Positions 23,609 through 35,999 of a stretch of DNA of 64,000 nt are shown here, one piece after another. The first letter of the stretch is position 1. Every line of letters starts with the position of its first letter. The DNA is taken from assembly GCA_051313645.2 (NCBI GenBank), contig JBNRSN020000004.1, positions 55,738,001-55,802,000 on the forward strand, written 5' to 3'. Under the pieces are notes generated by a model. It had not been told where the DNA came from. It ran no database searches and saw nothing but the letters and a program-made list of their open reading frames with translations. Source of the stretch: Centroscyllium fabricii (lineage: Eukaryota). The position numbers and the translations under genes are program-made.

Positions 23609-24010
23609 GCGGCATGGTGGCATAGTGGTTAGCACTGTTGCCTCACAGCACTGGAGACCCGAGTTCAAATCCAGTCTCGGGTACTATCTGTGTGGAGTTT
23701 ACACATTCTCCCCGTGTCTGCGTGGGTTTCCTCCGGGTGCTCCAGTTTCCTCCCACAGTCCAAAGATGTGCGGGTTAGGTTGATTGGCCATGATAAATTG
23801 ACCCTTAGTGTTAGGGGGATTGAATATGTAGGGTTACGGGGATAGGGTGGGATATGTGTCGGTGCAGGCTCGATAGGGATTGAGGGATATGGGGAGAGGG
23901 CAGGAGTGGGTTACTGGGTTTGGATGATCAGCAATGATCTCGTTAAATGGCGGAGCAGGCTCGAACGGCCGAATGGTCTACTCCTGCTCCTATCTTCTAT
24001 GTTTCTATGT
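23609..24010 (+). mobile_element. HE1-like V-SINE
   Basis: Full structure, TTCAG TSD. Confidence 0.9.
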
Positions 24011-24395
24011 TTCAGGTGTTTCATCAATGACCTTCCCTCCATCATAAGGTCAGAAGTGGGGATGTTCGCTGATGATTGCACACTGTTCAGCACCATTCGA
24101 GACTCATCAGGTACTGACGCATTCCGTGTCCATATGCAGCAAGACCTGGACAACATTCAGACTTGGGCTGACAAGTGGCAAGTAACATTCGCACCACACA
24201 AGTGCCAAGCAATGACCATCTCCACCAAGCGAGACTCTAACCATCTCCCCTTGACTTTCAATGGCATTATCATCGCTGAATCCCACACTATCACCATCCT
24301 GGGGGTTACCATTGATCGGAAACTGAACTGGACCAGCCATATAAATACTGTGGCTACAAGAGCAGGCCAGAGGCTGGGAATTCTGTGGCGAGTGT

Positions 24396-24792
24396 CATAG
24401 AAACATAGAAGATAGGAGCAGGAGTAGACCATTCGGCCCTTCGAGCCTGCTCCACCATTCAATGAGATCATGGCTGATCATCCAAACCCAGTACCCCGCC
24501 CCTGCCCTTTCCCCATATCCCTCGATCCCTATCGAGCCCGCACCGGCACATATCCCACCCTATCCCCATAACCCCACATATTCAGTCCCCCTAACACTAA
24601 GGGTCAATTTATCCTGGCCAAACAACCTAACCCGCACATCTTTGAACTGTGGGAGGAAACCGGAGCACCCGAAGGAAACCCACGCAGACACGGGGAGAAT
24701 GTGCAAACTCCACACAGATAGTACCCGAGGCTGGATTTGAACCCGGGTCTCCAGTGCTGTGAGGCAACAGTGCTAACCACTATGCCACCGTG
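24396..24792 (-). mobile_element. HE1-like V-SINE
   Basis: Full structure in reverse orientation. Confidence 0.9.
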
Positions 24793-25856
24793 TCTCACCT
24801 CCTGACTCCCCAAAGCCTTTCCACCATCTACAAGGCACAAGTCAGGAGTGTGATGGAATACTCTCCACTTGCCTGGATGAGTGCAGCTCCAACAACACTC
24901 ATGAAGCTCGACACCATTCAGGATAAAGCAGGCCGCTTGATTAGCACTCCATCCACCACCTTCAACATTCACTCCCTCCACCACCGGCGCACTGTGGCTG
25001 CAGTGTGTACCATCTACAAGATGCACTGCAGCAACTCGCCAAAGCTCCTTCAACAGTACCTTCTAAACCTGCGACCTCTACCACTTAGAAGGACAAGGGC
25101 AGCAGATGCATGGGAACAGCACCACCTACAAGTTCCCCTCCAAGCCGCACACCATCCTGACTTGGACCTGTATCGCTGTTCCTTCACTGTCGCTGGGTCA
25201 AAATCCTGTAACTCCCTTCCTAACAACATTGTGGGTGTACATACACCATATGGACTGCAGCGGTTCAAGAAGGCAGCTCACCACCATCTTCTCAAGGACA
25301 ATTAGGAATGGGCACTAAATGCAGGCCTTGCCATCCAGTGACGCCCACATCCCATCAATGGTTAAAAAGAAAACACGAGAGATAGTGATAGATATGACCG
25401 GTTCACCTCCAGCTGATCTGCAGTGGAGGAGGAACTGGTTGGATTAAAAGTGCCCCAGATAAACCATAGCAAATAAATGTACTAAAACACACCCTTATTG
25501 ATTCAGTAGTTCACTATGAACAAAAGTAGCTTTCTTAAATGTACTGTTGACTCTAGAAGAAATTTGGCAATTGTTTGAAAATCTTTAATGCGTTAAAGAC
25601 CGAAGAAGTTTGTAAAAGGTCAATTTTGTTTTTATTCGATCATGGGATGTGGGCGTCACTGGCAAGGCTAGCATTTATTGCCCATCCATAATTGCCCTTG
25701 AGAAGTTGGCGGTGAGCCGTCGCCTTGAACTGCTGCAGTCCGTGTGGTGAAGATACTCCCACAGTGCCGTTAGGGAGGGAGTTCCAGGATTTTGACCCAG
25801 CGACGATGAAGGATCGGCGATATACTTCTAAGTCAGGATGGTGTGTGACTTGGAGG

Positions 25857-26277
25857 TTGATGTGCCTTCAACAACTACAAAACTAGAAGTTATAGACTTA
25901 AACAGAAATGCTTTTAATCACTAAGAATTAGAGCTCACATCTCATCGGGCCGGCTGTCTCACAGGAATGAGTTATATAGATCCTGGATCTTTATGTAAGG
26001 TGAGCCAGGGGCGGAGCCAAAGCCAATTCCTGGAATCTCCCAGGTTTAGTCAGGAAACAGGAAGTGCAACTATACACAGTGGGGGAGGGTAATATACATG
26101 AGTGCAAAAGGAATACTCAAATCCGCGTATCACCAGCTCCCCATTAGAACGGAGGACCGCCCATACACCGCCTTCGACGCGAACGGGCGTCTCTACCATT
26201 TTCTCAGAGTGCCCTTCGGGGTAACAAATGGGGTGTCGGTTTTCCAACGCGAGATGGACTGCATGGTTGACGAGATG
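25857..26277. mobile_element. LTR-like fragment plus Gypsy RT fragment inserted in the LINE
   Basis: 26117-26277 on the plus strand reads LKSAYHQLPI..EDRPYTAF...LYHFLRVPFGVTNGVSVFQREMD. The upstream 250 bp looks like a minus-strand LTR 3' part. Confidence 0.7.
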
Positions 26278-27691
26278 GGAACTTGGAGGTGGTGGTGTTC
26301 CCATGCACCTGCTGCCCATCTCCTTTTATGTGGAAGGGTTCACGGGTTTGGGAGGTGCTGCTGAAGAAGGCTTGGTGAGTTGCTGCAGCGCATCTTGTAG
26401 ATGGTACACACTGCAGCCACGATGCATCGGTGGTGGAGGGAGTGAATGTTTAAGGTGGTGGATGAGGTGCCAATCAAGCAGGCTGCTTTGTCCTGGATGG
26501 TGTCAAGCTTCTTGAGTGTTGCTGGAGCTGCACTCATCCAGGCAAGTAGAGAGTATTTCATCACAATCCTTACTTGTGACTTGTAGATGGTGGAAAGGCT
26601 TTGGAGAGTCAGAAGATGAGACACTCATCGCAGAATACCCAGCCTCTGACCTGCTCTTGTTGCCACAGTATTTATGTGGCTGGTCCAGTTAAGTTTCTGG
26701 TCAATGGTGACCCCCAGGATGTTGATAGTGGTGGATTTTACGATGGTAATACTGTTGATTGTCACGAGGCAGTGATTAGACTCCCCCTTGTTAGACATAG
26801 ATATTGCCTGGCACTTGTGTGGCGTGAATGTTACCTGCCACTTATCAGCCCAAGCCTGAATGTCGTCCAGGTCTTGTTGCATGCAGGCAAGGACTGCTTC
26901 ATTATCTGAGGAGTTGTGAATGGCGCTGAACACTGCGCAGTCATCAGCGAACATCCCCATTTCTGACCTTATGTTGGAGTGAAGGTCATTGATAAAGCAA
27001 CTGAAGATTGTTGGGCCTAGGGCACTGCCCTGAGGAACTCCTGCCACGGTGATGATTGAGCTCCAACCACCACAACCATCTTCCTTTGTGCTTGGATGAC
27101 TACTAATGTCCCAATCTCCTCCATCACCATCCCTGGGTATGTCCTGTCCCAACGCCAGAACAGACCCACCAGGGGTGGCAGCACAGTGGTGTGCCATCGG
27201 GAATGATTGGGTCTGGGAGTCCTCAACATTGACTCTGGACTCATGGCAAGGAAACCTCCTGCTGATTAACACCTACCACCCTCCCTCAGCTGATGAATCA
27301 GTACTCCTCCATGCTGAACACCACTTGGAAGAAGCACTGAGAATAGCAAGGGCACAGAATGTACCCCAGATGTTGGTGAGGGGGACTTTGCAGGATCAAC
27401 TGGGCTGGATATGCCATGGTCGTGTGCATAGCTGGTGCCGAGGTCGATGCCGGTGGTCCGTCCGGTTTCATTCTTATTATTGTTGTTTCTTGTAGTGGTT
27501 TGTTACAACTGAATGGCTTCTTAGGCCATTTCAGAGGGCAGTTAAGAGTCAACCGTATTGCTGTGGGTCTGGAATCACATATAGGCCAGGCCAGGTAAGG
27601 ACAGCAGATTTTCTTCCCTAAAGGACATTAGTGAGCCAGATGGGGTTTTAAGACAATCCTATAGTTTCATGGTCACCATTACTGACACTAG

Positions 27692-28585
27692 GAGGGGAAT
27701 TTTTAAAAAAGCTGTGGGAAGCAAGCGGGTTTTGGGCAGGTCAGTTTTCTGCCCCGCCCGCCCAAGGACCTGGGAGGCCTGAGCGATATTGGATCAAGTG
27801 GCCAACTAAATCCCCGCCGAACTGTTGGGCTCCCAATACACACAAATGGGGGGGAAACAAAGCCCTTTACATTCACAATTTGAGTTGGGTGGGCTGTTGA
27901 TTAACAGGCCTGAGTAGTAAGAACTCACTAATCTTGATTGACAGATCTAAAGTGTTGCCTTTGTTCCTATGTTTACACAGCCATGTGAGTCAGAGTATGA
28001 AGGAACCATATGAAACCACAAAACAAACAGTTGAACTGAGTCAGTGTTTGTTTGTGATTTCAATGGAATGTAAACAGAAACTGATCCCCAGGGTGATTGA
28101 CAACTTGGTTCACAGCGCAGCGCGATGTCTGTTAAATAGGAGCGAGTTGAAGATTAATGATATCAAGGTTTTGGGCTCTGAAGTTTCTCACCCTTGGGTG
28201 GCAGCTGCACCTCCAGCATGGTGGAGGCTAGCAAGCTGCTGTGTGGGTGCTGTGCCAATGCCTTGAAGGTGGTAGACACCCAGCCGCCTGGGTTCCCACC
28301 ACCTTTTTCACGGTGGGTTTTCACCAGCCGGGTTTTGGGTGGGAAGAGGGCTAAAATAGCTGAGGGCCCTTAAAATCCGATTAGCCATCGAATTAAGGGC
28401 TCTCAACGACCTCAATCTGTATCCCCACCGGCGGCAGGCGGGAAACATGCGGGGCTGCAAAACCCGCCCAATGAAACTCCCAAATGGGCGGGGATCCGGC
28501 GGGGTTCCTTCCCGCCCACCAGATTGGAATTTTAGAAACTGACCCGCCAAAAACCCGCACTCAGGGACCTCCTAAAATTCCCCCC
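27692..28585. mobile_element. Family A-related MITE inserted in the MetaSINE head
   Basis: Termini ggggaatttt...aaaattcccccc; shares gggcccttaaaat and other blocks with family A. Confidence 0.7.
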
Positions 28586-29062
28586 TCACTTTTTATTGCA
28601 GATTTATTTAATTAACTGAATTTAAATTCCTCAGCTGCCGTGGTGGGATTTGAACTCACGTCTCTGGATCATTAGTCCAGGCCTCTGGATTACTAACTCA
28701 GAAACATTCCCACTGTGCTACCATTTCCACAAATTGGCAGCACCTTAAGATTGGATTGGCGTTTTCTATTTAACTGTTGTGTTTGGATCGGAAATACTGT
28801 ACAGTGGGAATGAATGAGACCTGGTTTGGCATACTGAAACGTAATATCAGAGTGAAAATGATGCTCTAGAGGCTCTTGATGATTTAATGAGTAAAGGCGC
28901 TGTGTGGTGCTATATTAAACCAAATAGAATATTTGTGGTTTCATTCCCAATCTTTGCTGCGACTTCTGCTCTAAGCAGAAACAGCAGGAATGCTAAAACT
29001 GGCCTTGCACCATCGGGTTAGGGAAGGAAAATCTCAACCAGGTTTCCAACATGTTCATCTAT

Positions 29063-29168
29063 AGTTCCCACATTACAACAGTGACTACACTTCAGAAGTA
29101 CATCATCGGCTGTAAAGTGCTTTGGAAGGTCCTCAGGTCGTGTAAGGCACGATACAAATGCAAGTTTG
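29063..29168 (+). mobile_element. L2/DeuSINE-type 3' tail fragment
   Basis: acattacaacagtgactacacttc...ggctgtaaagtgctttgg...aaatgcaagt, homologous to the tail at 5690-5790. Confidence 0.6.
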
Positions 29169-29189
29169 TTCCTTCGGTCGTAGACTAGA

Positions 29190-30035
29190 GACTGTCATTT
29201 TAATTCTCCGGACCACTCCCACTCTGACCTCGGCCTCCTACACTGTCCCAATGAAGTTCAACTTAAGCTCGAGGAACAGCACTCCATCTTTCTATTATTC
29301 ACTTTACAGCCTTCCGGACTCAGCATTGAGTTTAACAATTTCAGATCATAACCACTGCTCCCATTTTTTTGGACAACATCTGTTGCAGATAATTCTGATG
29401 TTCCCATTTAAACCTCCACTCGACCCATCTTTTGTTTCTTTACTTGTCTCATTAGCATCTCCTTTCACCTTGTACGGCACGGTGGCACAGTGGTTAGCAC
29501 TGTTGCCTCACAGCACTGGAGACCCGGGTTCAAATCCAGCCTCGGGTACTATCTGTGTGGAGTTTGCACATTCTCCCCGTGTCTGCGTGGGTTTCCTCCG
29601 GGTGCTCCGGTTTCCCCCCACAGTCCAAAGATGTGCAGGTTAGGTTGATTGGCCAGGATAAATTGACCCTTAGTGGTAGGGGGATTGAATATGTGGGGTT
29701 ACGGGGATAGGGTGGGATATGTGTCGATGGGGGCTCGAGAGGGATATGGGTAGAGGGTAGGGGCGGGGTGCTGGGTTTGGATGATCAGCCATGAACTCAT
29801 TGAATGGCAGAGCAGGCTCGAAGGGCCGAATGGCCTACTCCTGCTCCCAGTTTCTATGTTTCTATGTTTCAATGTACCATCCTCCCTTTTGTCATTTAAT
29901 CACTCCTGCCTTCCACCCTATCACAGACCTTCCTTTTCCTTTTACCTCCCCTCGTTCCCTGCCTCTGTACTTGCTTTAAACCTGTTACATCGCTAACCTT
30001 TTCCAGTTCTGACGAAGGTCCATTGACCTGAAAAG
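29190..30035 (+). mobile_element. Penelope-like (Neptune-type) 3' fragment: GIY-YIG C-terminus, 3' UTR and truncated hammerhead core; interrupted by a V-SINE
   Basis: HFNSPDHSHSDL..LHCPNEVQLKLEEQHSIF..TLQPSGLSIEFNNF*. CTGACGA-AGGTC catt GACCT-GAAA at 30009-30033. Confidence 0.8.
29476..29873 (+). mobile_element. HE1-like V-SINE
   Basis: Full structure, TGTAC TSD. Confidence 0.9.
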
Positions 30036-30518
30036 ATTGGGCGGATTTTGCCAATGCGGGGGGCGTTGGAGGCGGGACTGCTGCTTGTCGGGTTTAGTCC
30101 TGCCTCCATCGACATCCGGCCAACCCATGCTATTTTCCCTTGATTGACCTCGTTAAGCTCACCCAGCGGGCTTAGCAGGCCGATTAAGGGATAGCCGGTT
30201 ACTGGTGACGTCAGCGAGTGATGTTTCACCTGTCAAGAGCTTTTGATAGATGAAATGTCAGTGTTAGAGAGCTCTGTGAAGCTGTCAAACACTGACAATC
30301 TGTGCTCTAAGTTGAGTCCTTCCACTCAGGCTCAGTTAGAGAGCTCTCCTGAGCAGAAAGCTGCAAATTTTAACAGTTCAGCGGCCATTCTGCTTTCTGT
30401 ACCAGTGAGCTGAGGGACTCCCGAGACCTGGAGGGAGGAAGCCTGCAGGAAGAGGTAAAGTTAAGTAAAACTTATTAAAACACTTTACACAGACCTCACA
30501 CACTTACCTCTGCACACA

Positions 30519-33500
30519 TCAGGCAAGTGGTAGAAGTGTTAGTCGGAGAGAATTTTGGTGACAGTGGCCATAATTCAGTGAGATTTAAGGTAGTCATGAA
30601 AAAGGACAAAGATGGACAGGAAATAAAGGGGGGATTTTGCCGGAAGTGCAGGAACCTGGCGATGATTGGTCAGGGCGGGTTCCTGTCCCGCCTGCCCAAA
30701 GACCTGGGAACCCCACGCAATTTTAATTTAATTGAATAATTAAATCCCCGCAGGCGGCAGCCGGTGGTAATTGACTCAATTGAGTCGGAGCTGTCGTCGG
30801 CTGCGAGAAGCTTGTTGACAATTCCAGCACTGGTTGTTGATAGTTCCCATGGAAACACTCCACTGTGACATCACAGCCGAGTGGAACCAATGGGAAAGGT
30901 CACGTGCTGGGGACTGACCAGTGGGCGGGCGGGCTCCGAATCCTTGACAGCTTGGCACCAGCTGTCAGGAAATGTGCAAAGCTGAGATTTCAGTTTTTGC
31001 CCACAGCTAGTATACCCACCACAGAGTGACTTACTTCTCTCAGGTGCTGAAGGCCTGTGAAGCATTTTGCAGCATGTCCTTCAACACCTTGAAGGAGAAA
31101 GTTATGAACATCACTGTGCTCCCGCTGAGTTTCACCAGCAGGGTTTTAAGCTGGCGGGGTTAGGGTGGGAATGGCATGAAAATTTGGAAGGGCCCTTAAA
31201 ATGGCATAACACATGCCAATTAAGGGCCCTTAACGAGGTGACAACCCATTCCCACCGGCGGCCGGTGGCGAGGTTTTTGGGTGGGGAGTCAGGACGGGGC
31301 AAAATATCAAAGCGGTGGGGATTCGGCGGGGGCGTCACGACCCGCCCATTCCGTGATTTTGACGGCCGACCTGCCGAAAACCCCGCCTCACGGGGGCATG
31401 AAAATCCCCCCCAAAGGTTCTAAATTGGGGGAAGGCTGATTTTTATACATTAAGGCAGGATCTGTCCAAAGTGGACTGGGATCAGCTAGTTGTAGGAAAA
31501 TCCACATCAGAGCAGTGGGAGTCTTTCAGAAAGGAAAAGTGAGAGTACAATGGCAACATGTTCCCGTGAAGGTCAAAGGTGGGACCAACAAGCCCAGGGA
31601 ACCCTGGATGTCAAGGGACATATGAAAATGGATTTGGAAAAAAAGGGAGGCTTTTGGCTGATACAAAGAACTAAAAACAGTGGAAGCCCTGGAGGAGTAT
31701 AGATAGAGCAGGGGGGTACTTAAAAAAGAAATTAGGAGAACAACGAGGGGGCATGAAATAACACTGGCGGGCAAAATAAAGGAAAATCCCAAGGTGTTTT
31801 ATAAGTATATTAAGGGCAATAGAATAGCCAGGGAAAGAGTAGGGCCCATTAGGGACCAACGTGGCAATCTGTGTGTAGAGCCAGAAGATGCAGGTGGGGT
31901 TTTAAATGAATACTTTTCATCTGTGGTCACTATGGAGAAGGATGATGAAGGCATAGAAATCAATCAGGGGAATTGTGATATACTTGAACAAATTAGTATC
32001 AAGAGGGAGGAGGTACTAGCGGTTTTAGCAGGCTTAAAATTGGATAAATCCCCAGGCCCAGACGAGATATATCCCAGGCTGCTGTGTGAGGCAAGGGAGG
32101 AGATTGCAGGGGCTCTGACACACATTTTCAGAACCTCTCTGGCCACAGGGGATGTGCCAGAGGATTGGAGAACAGCTAACGTAGTACCAGTATTCAAGAA
32201 GGGTAGTAGGGATAAACCAGGGAATTACAGGCCAGTGAGCCTAACATCAGTGGAAGGGAAACTATTGGAAAAAACTCTGAGGGACAGAATTAGTCTACAC
32301 TTAGAGAGGCAAGGATTAATCAAGGATAGTCAGCATGGCTTTGTCAGGGGGGGATCATGTCCAACCAATTTAATTGAATTTTTCGAGGGGGGTGACTAGG
32401 TGTGTGGATGAGGGTAATGCAGTTGATGTGGTCTACATGGACTTCAATAAGGCTTTTGACAAAGTCCCACATGGGAGACTGGTCAAGAAGCTAAGAGCCC
32501 ATGGGATCCAGGGCAACTTGGCACATTGGATCCAAATTTGGCTTAGTGGCAGGGAGCAGAGGGTGATGGTTGAAGGTTGTTTTTGTGACTGGAAGCCTGT
32601 GTCCAGTGGTGTACCGCAGGGATCGGTGCTTGGTTCTTTGCTGTTTGTAGTGTACATTAATGAGTTATATATGAATGTAGGAGGTATGACCAGTAAGTCC
32701 GCAGTTGACACCACAACTGGTGGGGTAGTAAATAGCGAGGAGGGAAGCCTTAGGCTGCAGGATGATATAGATGGGTTGGTCAGATGGGCAGAACAGTGGC
32801 AAATGGAATTTAACCCTGAAAAGTGTGAGGTGATGCATTTTGAGAGGACTAACAAGGCAAGGGAATACACAATAAATGGCAAGACCCTAGGTAGGATAGA
32901 GGATCAGAGCGATCTTGGTGTGCATGTACATAGATCCCTGAAGGTAGCAGGACAGGTAGATAAGGTGGTTAAAAAGACATATGGGATACTTGCCTTCATT
33001 AGCCGAGGCATAGAATATAAGAGCAGGGAGGTTATGATGGAGCTGTACAAAACACTAGTTAGGCCACAGCTGGAATACTGTATGCAGTTCTGGTCAGCAC
33101 ACTATAGGAAGGATGCGATTGCATTGGAGAGGGTGCAGATGAGATTCACCAGTACGTTACTTGGGCTGCAGCACTTCAGCTATGAAGAGAGACTGGACAG
33201 GCTGTGGTTGTTTTCCTTAGAGCAGAGAAGGCTGAGGGGGGACCTGATTGAGGTGTACAATTATGAGGGGCAGAGATAAGGTAGGTAGAAAGGAACTTTT
33301 CCCCTTAGCAGAGGGGTCAATAGCCAGGGGGCACAGTTTCAAGGTAAGGGGCAGGAGATTTAGAGGGGATTAGAGGAAAAACATTTTAATCGAGAGGGTG
33401 GTTGGAATCTGGAACTCATTGCCTGAAAGGGTGATAGAGGCAGGAACTCTCACAACATTCAAGAAGCATTTAGATGAGCACTTGAAACACCATAGCATAC

Positions 33501-33607
33501 AAGGCTACGGAGCAAGTGCTGGAAAATGGGATTAGAATAGACAGGGGTTGATGGCCGGCATGGATACGATGGGCCGAAGGGCCTCTTTCTGTGCTGTATA
33601 ACTCTAT
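30519..33607 (+). mobile_element. CR1 LINE, 5'-truncated, frameshifted ORF2
   Basis: GDSGHN, KSPGPD, NYRPVSLTS, AFDKVPH, PQGSVLG and RGDLIE motifs; (actctatg) tail. Confidence 0.92.
30628..31412. mobile_element. Family A MITE inserted in CR1
   Basis: Termini ggggggatttt...aaaatccccccc with AAA TSD. Removing it restores the CR1 codons E-I-K-V-L. Confidence 0.85.
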
Positions 33608-34304
33608 GGGGGAGAAATATGGTGGCTTGCACCAGCCGTTAACCCCCTGAGAGGGCTGCTAATGAGGCGCCTCCCACGATATTCAGTGGGGCGCTGGCGT
33701 GTGCGGTAGCCAGTAGCACCCCGCGGCTCCACACTGCCGGGGATGATGTCATCGGAGCGCACAGTGACCCGCAAAATTGAGTCGCGCCCACTGCCGAACC
33801 ACCTGACACTGCCCACGACAGCTTCAAGCTGTCGTACTTGCAGCAGGGGAGCGCTACTTAAAGGGAAGGGTGCCGGGCGGCCATTTTTCTTGCAGGCCGA
33901 CTGCCAGCACCTTCTCCCTCTGCTGTCCCCGGCCTCCCCCGATGCTCCCCCACAGTGTGCTGCCTCTGCTTCATCAGCCCGGCACTTCCCTCAAGTGCCG
34001 GGCTCCTTCGGCGGCATTGCGTCCTACGGCGACCCTGTGGGGCTTCGGCCGGAACTGCGCTAGGCCCCTCCCCTTTAATCAGGGGAGGAAGGCCTGCAGT
34101 ACTGCGCCACGGCACTCTGTGTAGCGTGGCGCTTCAGCCCACAGCGCCGGATATTCAATTGTAGCGCCTGCAGTAGCACCCGACCTCCTACTTTGGGTGC
34201 AACAACCGAATTTCACGAGGAATGGCGCCAGTGTTAGGCGGGCGCTAAAACTAGCGCACCGCCGAGGTTAGCGCCCAAAAATGGCGCCACTGAATTTTTC
34301 CCCC
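33608..34304. mobile_element. PIF/Harbinger-like MITE, family C
   Basis: Termini gggggagaaat...atttttccccc, inserted in a CR1 tail. Inverted homolog at 37293-38001. Confidence 0.8.
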
Positions 34305-35999
34305 CATGACTCGATGACATGCGCTCATCATTCACCAGCACACCGGACATCTCGGCCCATCCGAGCCCCGCAGATCGACAGCCCGCCTCGCTGACCCTGC
34401 CGAAGTTTGGAGCCACCGGGAAGTGTCCACTTCAGGGCTGAAAATAGGGATGCTCCAAAAAGCTGCCTGTTAACGACCTGTTAACAGGCAGTTAATTGGC
34501 ACTAATTCCCTTCCCGCCTCGAGGAGACAGGACCTGGCGCGGGTCGGGTACCCGCCTCCTGGGAAGATGGCACGGAGGCGGGTTGTGAGCGGGATGGGTA
34601 CCCGTCCCCAGATTCTACCATTTTCCCGGCAGTCCCGCCTCCCCAGGGCTGGCAAACTCACCCCCTCAGTGTCAATAGTTAATGTTGGTAGAATAGGGGA
34701 AATTGGGAAGGTGACACCTACATACTTGTCCCTAGCAGAGTTCTGTGCTTTTGTATAGGATGCAGACGTGTCTAATGTTGCATCCTATGGCTAATCCTCT
34801 ACATCGTCCCTTTATGAAGAGTGAGAGGCAATACTGTTTTGGTCAGTTACCAACAGTGATGAGAAAGTGAAGTGGTGAAATCAAAGAAATTGTCAGAAAT
34901 GCAAACCAACACGATATCTTTCACAAGTAGTTTTTTTCTCTTAAACCCGACAGTCCCATGTTGAATACCTCACTAAATATATATTCATTAACAGTTTACA
35001 TATAGTTTCATTATCAATTACATTAAAATGATATATTCATGCTTTGCCCAGTGCATCACATTGACATTGCCTCATCAGAATACAGGAAATAATTTGTGTA
35101 ATTATGCATCTAATTATCCCATTGAGCAACATCTCCCCTTCTTGAAATCTTACACTGATCCACTGTATTAGTGACTCAGTAGCTAGAGCTGCTGAGAAAT
35201 GCGACAGTGGTTTAAATTCTCGGTCATGCTGCCCAGGTTCAAATGAAGTCTTTAAGACAAACATTCCCACTTCTCAATAAAACACATCTGGCCTGAGGCA
35301 AAACTTTAACAAGCTATTACAAGCACAACCTGCTCTCATTTTTCAGAACAGCACTCCACACATGCGCACACACACACACACACAAAATAGCTTACACAGA
35401 ATACAAAATCTATTCAATGTATAAATTGCAGTCGCTGTTTTGATGAAATGCATACTTACCTGCCTTTCAGGCAAGGCATCAGCAAACTATTACCATATAC
35501 TGGACATTTGATATTAAAGTATAATATTTCAACTCTGTTATTTTATTCATGAAAACAAAAGCAAAATTGTTGAGTGGTATGATATTAGGATTCAATTCAG
35601 CAAATAATACCGGACATAGTATCACACACGAGTCATGTGTGCTGGAAGAGCCTGTCCATGCCTGCCTTTGCTTGTATTGTCAAATGACTTGAGAATTCTG
35701 AAATTAAGTTGTTTCTAAGTTGAAACTAACTTGAAATGCACTTTGTACTCATTCTACAAATCCTCATTCAATGTTAACCATTACTTTATTTGTTTTCTCC
35801 CATTGTGTTCCCTCCTCCCCTGAAGGTGATGACTGCTGTGGTACGGAACCACAGAGGACATCATTGCTAAGCCATGTCCACACATGTGGGCCATTCTAGC
35901 AATGGGCACGACACAGATCGAGTAGGGATGTTGGCTATTTTTTCTCTTCTCCAGGCTAGGGGCTCTGAGGCAACTGTAGTGCCCCATTCTGCCACTCCA

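Larger units (their letters stand above)
23431..25372 (+). mobile_element. CR1-group (Zenon-like) LINE 3' part (RT), interrupted by two V-SINEs
   Basis: PQGSVLGP, MFADDC, LGVTID, YKAQVRSVMEY and HHHLLKDN* motifs, followed by the 3' UTR. Confidence 0.9.
25625..28730 (-). mobile_element. Rearranged CR1-group (Zenon-like) LINE beginning with a tRNA-derived MetaSINE head
   Basis: Minus-strand order: A/B boxes (28727-28640), Meta-type body (27690-27490), ORF start ...TNIWG (to 27365), inverted APE piece (27105-27364), RT (27100-26280), 3' UTR (25856-25625). Confidence 0.8.
30039..34667. mobile_element. Family B MITE split by a CR1 insertion (arms 30039-30518 and about 34315-34667)
   Basis: Both arms align in order to 9108-9851. 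Confidence 0.65.

Noticed and set aside
23609-23680. tRNA genes at SINE heads (also 29476, 50436, 59198 and others)
   Set aside because: These are tRNA-derived SINE promoters that continue into V or Meta bodies, not standalone tRNAs.
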